From the NCBI GenBank assembly GCA_964626355.1, contig CAZVCF010000002.1:7184-42611 (forward strand): a DNA stretch of 35,428 nt, in the 5' to 3' direction. The translations under genes and the position numbers were made by a program. The stretch comes from an uncultured Gammaproteobacteria bacterium. GTDB taxonomy: Bacteria > Patescibacteriota > Patescibacteriia > UBA2591 > CAZVCF01. Within the stretch, counting starts at the first letter, position 1, and each line of letters starts with the position of its first letter. Below the pieces are notes generated by a model. The model saw nothing but the letters and a program-made list of their open reading frames with translations, was not told the DNA's origin and made no database searches. This document shows positions 16,544 to 23,479 of this stretch, in pieces.

Positions 16544-16565
16544 TTTGATTTTTACATTTTAATAT
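16521..16565 (-). repeat. Family A arm covering the start of four-helix-bundle gene 1
   Basis: rc reads AAAATGTAAAAATCAAAATGCAAAATGACAATGCAAAATT. Matches 16126..16164 at 33 of 39 ungapped positions (hand alignment). Confidence 0.8.
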
Positions 16566-16571
16566 ATATCC

Positions 16572-18461
16572 TTACCTCCCCAACACCGCCGTGTACGCTT
16601 CCGGCGGTATATCCATTTTTGCCATTTTCAATAATTCCTTTTTCCCTCTTCTTTGTCTTTCAAGCACTTTTTTCTTGCGTGTCACATCGCCGCCATATAA
16701 TTTCGCGGTTACGTCTTTGCGTATCGGCGGCAAATGTTCAGACGCTAAAATTTTTCCGCCTAATGCCACCTGAATTTTAACTTCAAACAGCTGGCGCGGC
16801 AATACCTCTTTTAATTTTTCCGCGATGCGGCGCGCCTGATACATACTTTCATCTTTATACACAAGTGCTGAAAGCGCTTCCACTTTCGCGCCAGCAACGA
16901 GAACCGTCAGTTTGATAATATCCGCTTCTCTGTATTCTAAAAATTCGTATCCAAGCGACGCGAATCCCGAACTGACACTTTTGAGTTTATCATAAAAATC
17001 AAAAAGCAATGTTGCCGCCGGCATCTCGCCTTGAATAAAAATCCTTCTCATTCCGACAACCGTATCTCCGGTAAGATAATCGTATTTTTGAAAACTCCCG
17101 CGATACGACGCAATCAATTCAAGCACTCTTCCGAGTGAATTTTCCGGCGTAATTATTTCGATTTTAAAATACGGTTCAAAAATATCTTCTAAAACGCTTA
17201 TTTCCGGCCATTCGCCGGCAGATCGCACGATTATTTTCTCCTTCGCGCCTTTTTTCCGCGCAACGACGGTCTCGTATGCGACTGATGGCGCGGTAATAAT
17301 CACTTCCAGATCATGTTCTCGTTTCAATCGTTCGCGAATAATATCCATATGCAAGATACCGAGAAAACCAACGCGAAATCCGAATCCGAACGCCGATGAA
17401 TTTTCAGGTTCAACATACAAGCTTGAATCGTTGAGTTTTAATTTATAAATCGCGGCTCGCAATTTCTGAATCTCATTCGCGCCTTTTGGATAAAATCCGG
17501 CAAACACCATTTGTTGCGGTTCGCGATAACCGGCCAATGGTTTGACATCCCTCTCTTTCGCGCGCGCAACCGTGTCTCCGATTCGCGCTTTTTCCAATTC
17601 CTTAAAACCAGTGACGATATATCCTATTTCACCGTCGATAAGCCGATCAGATTTTACCAGATTCGGTTTGAAATAACCGACTTCCAAAATCTTTGTCGTG
17701 ATACCATTACCTAAAAAAACGATCTCATCGCCTGCTTTCGCGGACCCGCCAAATAAACGAACATGCACTACTACGCCGCGATGTTCATCGAAAACAGCGT
17801 CAAAGATGAGCGCGCGAAGCACATCGCCTTCTTCAACACAAGGCGGCGGAACGCGCACAATGATTGTTCGCAAAAGATCTTCAACGCCTTCGCCTGTTTT
17901 CGCGGATACGGTGAGGATAGCGTCTTCTTTGCATTGCAATAAACCGACTATCTCTTTTCTAGTCGCCTCAACTCGCGCCGATGGAAGATCAATTTTATTG
18001 ATCACCGGAATAATCGCCAATTTTTCTTTTTGCGCCAAAAACAAATTCGTGACTGTTTGCGCTTGAATTCCTTGCGTTGCGTCAACCAACAAAACAGCCC
18101 CTTCAACCGCGGCTAATGAACGAGATACTTCGTAATTAAAATCAATATGCCCCGGCGTGTCTATCAGGTTGAGGACATATTCTGAATTTGATAACAATTG
18201 ACCATTAACATTTGACATTTGACTGTCAATAGTCAATTGTCTGGCGTCAATTGTCCAGTCCGTATGATTTAGTCTCCAAATCATACGGACTGGCTGCATT
18301 TTAATAGTAATGCCTCGTTCACGCTCTAAGTCCATCGCATCAAGATATTGCGCGCGCATTTTGCGCGATTCAACCGTATGCGTTATTTCGAGCATCCGAT
18401 CCGCAAGCGTTGACTTGCCATGATCAATATGCGCGATGATGCAAAAGTTGCGAAGCAACAT
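16572..18461 (-). CDS. lepA: Translation elongation factor 4 (LepA) with an extra segment in the G domain
   Basis: 629-aa ORF: NFCIIAHIDHGKSTLADR, DTPGHIDF, NKIDLP, C-terminal ...GGDVTRKKKVLERQRRGKKELLK... typical of LepA. Confidence 0.95.
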   Translation of the reverse strand: MLLRNFCIIAHIDHGKSTLADRMLEITHTVESRKMRAQYLDAMDLERERGITIKMQPVRMIWRLNHTDWTIDARQLTIDSQMSNVNGQLLSNSEYVLNLIDTPGHIDFNYEVSRSLAAVEGAVLLVDATQGIQAQTVTNLFLAQKEKLAIIPVINKIDLPSARVEATRKEIVGLLQCKEDAILTVSAKTGEGVEDLLRTIIVRVPPPCVEEGDVLRALIFDAVFDEHRGVVVHVRLFGGSAKAGDEIVFLGNGITTKILEVGYFKPNLVKSDRLIDGEIGYIVTGFKELEKARIGDTVARAKERDVKPLAGYREPQQMVFAGFYPKGANEIQKLRAAIYKLKLNDSSLYVEPENSSAFGFGFRVGFLGILHMDIIRERLKREHDLEVIITAPSVAYETVVARKKGAKEKIIVRSAGEWPEISVLEDIFEPYFKIEIITPENSLGRVLELIASYRGSFQKYDYLTGDTVVGMRRIFIQGEMPAATLLFDFYDKLKSVSSGFASLGYEFLEYREADIIKLTVLVAGAKVEALSALVYKDESMYQARRIAEKLKEVLPRQLFEVKIQVALGGKILASEHLPPIRKDVTAKLYGGDVTRKKKVLERQRRGKKELLKMAKMDIPPEAYTAVLGR

Positions 18462-18467
18462 AAAAAG

Positions 18468-18516
18468 TTAAAAATGCAAAAATCAAAAATCAAAATGACA
18501 ATCTAAAATGCAAAAT
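18468..18516 (+). repeat. Family A solo arm just upstream of the lepA start
   Basis: TTAAAAATGCAAAAATCAAAAATCAAAATGACAATCTAAAATGCAAAAT. Confidence 0.75.
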
Positions 18517-18521
18517 TATTT

Positions 18522-18553
18522 ACATTCTAACATTCTGCAGAATGTTAGAATGT
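18522..18553. repeat. Perfect 32-bp palindrome
   Basis: ACATTCTAACATTCTG|CAGAATGTTAGAATGT, between the GT2 stop and the lepA start. Confidence 0.85.
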
Positions 18554-18617
18554 TCTTGTCTCTTATATCTTTCAACGTTTTTAAATTTTGTTTTGCCTTT
18601 TTGATTTTTAATTTTGA

Positions 18618-19640
18618 TCATTTGAATTTGTTTCGAATTTCGATATTCGAATTTCGAATTTTTTTAATAATATTATATGTTCGCCTAAAATTCAAATTTA
18701 AAAATGTCATTGCGTACAAAATAATTACTTTACATTTATTTAATGAATGAAAATAGCGCATACTTTTTCTAAAATACGCGCGCGCTTGCGCGCGCTTCCC
18801 CATCACCAATGTCGCACCGCCTCGCCAATAGAGTTCATCGCCAACGCGATGCTGCACATTTCGTTCTAACTCTCCTCTTGAGAGAGTAATCATTTTTTTT
18901 ACCTCCTCTGAAAGCGTATCATAAAATCGTATCGCGTATTCCGCGCATCGTTTTTCAACGTCAACAACATTTTTTGTGGTCACTTGTCCTTCCCAAAATC
19001 GCCAATAGCCGCACAACGCAGGCACGAAATAAAATTCGCCTCTTGTTGCAAGTTCAAGCCATGTCGGATAATCAACCAACGGTAATCCAACGCTCTTAAA
19101 TCCTCCTATGTGATCAAGCGCGCTCTTTCGCACCATAACTGTTTGGGAAGGGAGCGTGTTATATTTTAATAAGATATTGAGAATCGCTCCGATGGGCGAA
19201 TTATTCCCCCATTTATCCAAATCCTTGTTCTTCTTCGGAAAAATATCTAAAAGCTCCCCTTTTTCATCAACCGCGCCTGTTTGCCCGTACACGACAATTA
19301 TTTTCTCGTTTTCAAAAAATGGAATCTGTTTCTCCAATTTATCCGAAGGCCAAAAATCATCGCCTTCTAAAATGGCGATGATATCGCCTTTTGCCAATTT
19401 CAACGCTTTATTAAAATTATCCGGAATTTTTTCAACGCCTTGATTTTGCTGATAGATATACGTAATTCGCGCATCGCTATATGATTTCACTATTTCTCCT
19501 GTTTTGTCAGTTGACCCGTCATCAATAATAATCATTTCCCAATTCGCGTAGGTTTGACCGCGTACGCTTTCAACGCACTGCCGAATAAATCGTTCGTGAT
19601 TATAAGTGAGTGTTAATATGGATACAAGAGAACTTGACAT
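18618..19640 (-). CDS. Family 2 glycosyltransferase
   Basis: 340-aa ORF: VSILTLTYNHERFIRQCVESVRGQTYANWEMIIIDDGSTD and ..ILEGDDFW.. (DxD-like). The last ~15 codons are encoded by a CGAAATT-type repeat. TGA stop. Confidence 0.85.
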   Translation of the reverse strand: MSSSLVSILTLTYNHERFIRQCVESVRGQTYANWEMIIIDDGSTDKTGEIVKSYSDARITYIYQQNQGVEKIPDNFNKALKLAKGDIIAILEGDDFWPSDKLEKQIPFFENEKIIVVYGQTGAVDEKGELLDIFPKKNKDLDKWGNNSPIGAILNILLKYNTLPSQTVMVRKSALDHIGGFKSVGLPLVDYPTWLELATRGEFYFVPALCGYWRFWEGQVTTKNVVDVEKRCAEYAIRFYDTLSEEVKKMITLSRGELERNVQHRVGDELYWRGGATLVMGKRAQARAYFRKSMRYFHSLNKCKVIILYAMTFLNLNFRRTYNIIKKIRNSNIEIRNKFK

Positions 19641-19714
19641 TGTTTACAGAAATACTATTATAGACAGTATACGCTTTTGCTCATTAAAAAGAAAGAAAAA
19701 ACGGTGAACCAAAA

Positions 19715-20314
19715 ATGTTTAAAAGAATAGCTAAAAATATTCGCGCGGCCATCGATCGGTATCGCGCGAAAAAAAATAATAAACAGCGCGACGCATTCCT
19801 TAGATTATATTGTTTGCACGCCCTTTGCAATGAAAAAATAAAAAAAGAGCAAATCAATAAAGAGAGTATCTATCGATTGTATGACCAAATCCGAGCGTTG
19901 CCGCAAATTGAAAAAATACGCGTTCAATACAAAAAAAACAAATTTATTGTCTATACGCAGCCGCTCTTTATTGATTATGACGATAAACGATATGGTATTG
20001 GCTCGTTTAAAATCTCAATCGCTTTTCCTAAAATGGAGATACGAATACAGAATCGCACAAACAAACGATATTGCGAGAAAAAATATGATTTTGGCATAGA
20101 TCGTTATCATCACCCTCATATAAAGAATGATATAATCTGTTTCGGGAATATAGGTCCTACGATATATTCTCTACTCAGGCACTACGAATTTCACGCGGTT
20201 TTACAAATAATTGTCTTGTTTTTGGAGAGTTATTGCGATGACATGCCTTACTATAATATTAAAAACTGGGACACGGTACCGAAAAACGAACAATTAAGAA
20301 TGGAAAACAAATAA
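19715..20314 (+). CDS. Hypothetical protein with UBC/E2-like motif layout (tentative)
   Basis: 199-aa ORF, ATG start, followed by a strong terminator. See finding for GSFKISIAFP ... YHHPHIKNDIICFGN ... VLQIIVLFLESYCDDMP. Confidence 0.7.
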   Translation: MFKRIAKNIRAAIDRYRAKKNNKQRDAFLRLYCLHALCNEKIKKEQINKESIYRLYDQIRALPQIEKIRVQYKKNKFIVYTQPLFIDYDDKRYGIGSFKISIAFPKMEIRIQNRTNKRYCEKKYDFGIDRYHHPHIKNDIICFGNIGPTIYSLLRHYEFHAVLQIIVLFLESYCDDMPYYNIKNWDTVPKNEQLRMENK

Positions 20315-20354
20315 TGAATAATTAAAATCTAAAGTATAAAATCAAAAATCAATA

Positions 20355-20396
20355 GCCCTGATTTCGCTCGAGCGAAATCAGGGCTTATTTTTTTTC
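20355..20396 (+). terminator. Rho-independent terminator of the 19715..20314 gene
   Basis: GCCCTGATTTCGCTC|GAGCGAAATCAGGGC, a perfect 15-bp stem, followed by TTATTTTTTTT. Confidence 0.8.
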
Positions 20397-20404
20397 CTCA
20401 TCTT

Positions 20405-20863
20405 TATTAAATAATGAAATACCTTATTCTGAACCATTTGCGAAAAAACGAAAAAACGTAGCGTTTTAACCAGAAACGCAACTGTTTGACGAGCGGAGCG
20501 AGGAGTTTTGCATTTCGTATCAGAGCTCAGAATTCAAACCAGGGTCAGATTGAGAAGCTAAAAAATGAGATGATTTCGAGGCGCGACTACGAAAGTGTGC
20601 CCCCAGCGGCACAGTGAGGAGGAGCAACGAAGAAAGCATCTCATTTTTTAGCTTCCCTACTGGGCGGGCGAATTCGGGTTATCTTCTGCGTTGCTCGTCG
20701 CTCACGTACCACACAGGGTACGTATCGCTTCTCACGCCTTGAAGATAACCCGAATTCGCTCCGCTCAATTGACTCTGGTTTGGATTCTGAGCTCCTAAAC
20801 GCGTTGCGTTTTTGAAGTTTTTGGAGCGTTCCGGTTCAGAATAAGGTATTTCGTTATTTAATA
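20405..20863. other. 459-bp GC-richer nested-palindrome element (candidate large structured ncRNA or foldback/MITE-like element)
   Basis: Four nested inverted-repeat pairs: A 20405..20435/20833..20863, B 20523..20554/20764..20794, C 20554..20572/20637..20655, D 20669..20686/20741..20758. Details in findings. Confidence 0.6.
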
Positions 20864-20868
20864 CCCCC

Positions 20869-21975
20869 CTATCGCTTCCCCACAATCTTCTGAATAAATG
20901 CTGTTATTTTTTCTTTGAATCGTTCCTTTGAAAATTTGAGCGCATGCGCGCGAATTTCAGCCGGATCATACTGTTCCCAATCGAACTTTCTCACTGCGTC
21001 CGCGAGCGCGCGCGGAGTCTGTTCATTAAAAAATTCTCCTGTTTTCCCTTCAATGATTGTCTCGATTGCGCCACCGGCGCGATACGCAATCACCGGACGT
21101 CCGACTGCCATCGCTTCAATAGCCGTAATGCCTAAATCTTCTATTTGCGGATAAATAAGCGCGCGGCAATGCCGCAGATATTCCCATTTTTTTTCGTCAG
21201 GAACAAACCCCAAAAATTCAACATCATAATCCGCCATCATACGCAAACGCGCGTCGCTTCCGACGCCGATAATCTTAAGCGGCAATCCGAGAATATTGAA
21301 CGCCTGTATTGCGATATCAATTTTCTTATATGGCTCAAGACGCGATATAATCAAATAATAATCCTTTATTTCTTCTTTATTCGCCGGCTCTATCGACGGA
21401 ATATCCGTTGGCGGATGAATAACTTCAGCGTTGCGCTGATAATATTTTTCAATTTTATCGCGCACGAAACGGGAGTTTGTCGCGAAATGCGTTGGTTTCT
21501 GCGCCGCGTTAAAATCCCATCGACGCAACCACGGAATAAAAGGATACGCGCCATAACGCGCAATTGATTTAGTATTTTTGATATAGTCTTTTGTCTCTTC
21601 CCACAGCCATCGGGTTGGCGTGTGAATATACGAAAGATGCGGTATATTCCCCGGCATTTTACTGCCTTTGACAAACGCAGCGGTGTCGGAAATCACGATA
21701 TCAAACTCACCGTCAATCAATTTGCGGTTTAATGATTCTGCGGCATACGGCATCAAGGGCAAATAATATTGATGATTTTTTTCCGCAAACGGCATTTTCT
21801 GCACGAACGATGAAATGATTTGATCTTTGTAGCGATTAAAAAACTGTTTCACGATTTCGTCGCGTTTCACTAAAACAAAAATCGTGGCGTCAGGCCACAA
21901 CTCAAGAAACGCTTCCAACACCTTTTCCGCTCCGCCGTACTGCGTGAGAAAATCATGAACAAGAGCAACGCGCAT
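20869..21975 (-). CDS. Family 4 (GT-B, RfaG-like) glycosyltransferase
   Basis: 368-aa ORF: MRVALVHDFLTQYGGAEKVLEAF N-terminus and C-terminal ..EDLGITAIEAMAVGRPVIAYRAGGAIETI.. (E-x7-E region). Confidence 0.85.
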   Translation of the reverse strand: MRVALVHDFLTQYGGAEKVLEAFLELWPDATIFVLVKRDEIVKQFFNRYKDQIISSFVQKMPFAEKNHQYYLPLMPYAAESLNRKLIDGEFDIVISDTAAFVKGSKMPGNIPHLSYIHTPTRWLWEETKDYIKNTKSIARYGAYPFIPWLRRWDFNAAQKPTHFATNSRFVRDKIEKYYQRNAEVIHPPTDIPSIEPANKEEIKDYYLIISRLEPYKKIDIAIQAFNILGLPLKIIGVGSDARLRMMADYDVEFLGFVPDEKKWEYLRHCRALIYPQIEDLGITAIEAMAVGRPVIAYRAGGAIETIIEGKTGEFFNEQTPRALADAVRKFDWEQYDPAEIRAHALKFSKERFKEKITAFIQKIVGKR

Positions 21976-21976
21976 A

Positions 21977-22030
21977 GAAAATGTAAAATGTAAATCTCAA
22001 AATGTAAAATGACAAAGAAAAAATGACAAA
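21977..22030 (+). repeat. Family A arm at the 3' side of four-helix-bundle gene 2
   Basis: GAAAATGTAAAATGTAAATCTCAAAATGTAAAATGACAAAGAAAAAATGACAAA. Starts 2 nt from the GT4 start codon. Confidence 0.8.
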
Positions 22031-22031
22031 A

Positions 22032-22403
22032 TTATCTTTTGCCTTTTAGAGTAAGTATACTTGAAGCAATGACATTCGCTATTTCAATCACTTCCTGCAA
22101 TAACCAACGCAATTCGTCTTGATTGCCCTTTTTCAGTTCTTTTAAAAGAGTAATCCAAACTTTTGATTCATTTGCTGATTTGAGCGCATGCGTAAAAAAA
22201 TTCGTGAAATCTTTTCGTGAACTTGCGGAATTTGCTTCAATATAATTTGCCAAAATACTTGTACCGCTTCGCAATAATTGTTTACCCATTACCTCACTTA
22301 CCGAATCCTTAGGCAACGCATCAATATATTTAATCAATCGCACAACGAAAGAATATACCCTTTTTTTGAATTCATCTTTAAATTTTGCATTGTCATTTTG
22401 CAT
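22032..22403 (-). CDS. Four-helix-bundle protein (23S rRNA intervening-sequence protein family), copy 2
   Basis: 123-aa ORF MQNDNAKFKDEFKKR...GKQLLRSGTSILANYIEANSASSRKDF.... Paralogue of 16172..16543. Confidence 0.85.
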   Translation of the reverse strand: MQNDNAKFKDEFKKRVYSFVVRLIKYIDALPKDSVSEVMGKQLLRSGTSILANYIEANSASSRKDFTNFFTHALKSANESKVWITLLKELKKGNQDELRWLLQEVIEIANVIASSILTLKGKR

Positions 22404-22425
22404 TTTGATTTTTGCATTTTACATT
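22380..22425 (-). repeat. Family A arm covering the start of four-helix-bundle gene 2
   Basis: rc of 22383..22425 matches 21980..22022 at 37 of 43 ungapped positions (hand alignment). Confidence 0.8.
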
Positions 22426-22480
22426 AACGTTTTAAAAAAATCTATCAACTATAACACATCTGTTTATATTCTGCACTATA

Positions 22481-23368
22481 TTACTTCCTAAACCAAAGAA
22501 GGAATGGACTTGCGATTGCGATTGAAGAGTACGTTCCGACCGCGATGCCGACTGCCATTGCCAAGACAAAATAAAATATCGGCGACGGACCAAAAAACAA
22601 CATCGCGAAAATCGCGAAGAGCGTTGTCAAGGTTGTATTGATTGTGCGCGTCAATGTTTCATTTAAACTAAAATTGACTACCTCCGGAAGCGTTTTCTTG
22701 GTATGCTTCATAATATTTTCTCGTATGCGATCGTAGACGATAATCGTATCGTTAATCGAATAACCGAGAACCAACAGCATCGCGACAATAAAAGTTGAAT
22801 CTAATTCAACGCGAGAGAAATGCCCGAGCAAAGACCAGAGCCCCGTCATAATAATCAAATCGTGAATCAACGCGATAATCGCTCCTGCGCTATAACGAAA
22901 CGGTTCGCGCCGCCCAATGATCCGCAATTTTTTAAACGCGATAGCAATATAAATAAAGATTACAAGAATAGCGAGAAATACCGATTTTTTCGCGTTATTT
23001 TTTAATTCAACGCCTATCACCGGCCCAATTGTTTCATAACGATTCTCCTGCGGTTTTCCTACTGTTTCAATAATTTTATTATGCTCTTCATCTGAAATTG
23101 CCTTTGTTTTGATAAGATATACTGCGTCCCCGATTGATTGCGCGACTGGAGCGCTGCCCGTAATCGTTTTTATTTTTTCCACGATGACTAATTCGGTGAT
23201 TGCTTCGCTTGTCGTAACATTTTTGAAATCAAACTCCATCAGCGCGCCGCCGGTGAAATCAAGTCCTGGCACAAGACCCCATTTCACAATACTAACAAAA
23301 GAAATAATAATCGCGCATGCGGAAAGCACAAGAAAAAATTTATTCAGTTTTAAAAAATTAATTTGCAT
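22481..23368 (-). CDS. secF: Protein translocase subunit SecF
   Basis: 295-aa ORF: ..LVPGLDFTGG.., ..LIHDLIIMTGLWSLLG.., ..LLVLGYSINDTIIVYDRIREN.. typical SecF TM core. Confidence 0.9.
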   Translation of the reverse strand: MQINFLKLNKFFLVLSACAIIISFVSIVKWGLVPGLDFTGGALMEFDFKNVTTSEAITELVIVEKIKTITGSAPVAQSIGDAVYLIKTKAISDEEHNKIIETVGKPQENRYETIGPVIGVELKNNAKKSVFLAILVIFIYIAIAFKKLRIIGRREPFRYSAGAIIALIHDLIIMTGLWSLLGHFSRVELDSTFIVAMLLVLGYSINDTIIVYDRIRENIMKHTKKTLPEVVNFSLNETLTRTINTTLTTLFAIFAMLFFGPSPIFYFVLAMAVGIAVGTYSSIAIASPFLLWFRK

Positions 23369-23427
23369 AAGTAGAAAATGGAATAGGGAATATATAAATT
23401 TTCAATTTTTGATTTCTAATTTTTATT

Positions 23428-23478
23428 AAATTTTGCATTTTGCATTGTCATTTTGATTTTTGCATTTTGATTTTTGAA
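23428..23478 (-). repeat. Family A solo arm filling the secD-secF spacer
   Basis: AAATTTTGCATTTTGCATTGTCATTTTGATTTTTGCATTTTGATTTTTGAA. Ends 2 nt from the secD stop. Confidence 0.8.
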
Positions 23479-23479
23479 T

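Noticed and set aside
20405-20863. Identity as RNase P RNA, tmRNA, SRP RNA, 6S RNA or a group I/II intron.
   Set aside because: I found no GAGGAAAGTCC-type P4 sequence, no tRNA-like 3' end or GGTTCGA T-loop, no GNAR-capped SRP domain IV (ACCAGGGTCAG resembles SRP only superficially), and no GTGYG start or domain V. The 18-31-bp perfect stems are also atypical for those RNAs.
20679-20885. 68-aa minus-strand ORF inside the palindromic element.
   Set aside because: It starts inside the GT4 3' end, runs through inverted-repeat arms, and has no SD and no recognisable family. It is most likely a by-product of the GC-richer palindrome.
16172-22403. The four-helix-bundle genes as markers of a nearby 23S rRNA intervening sequence.
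   Set aside because: No rRNA-like sequence is present in the window. Both genes sit between protein-coding genes.
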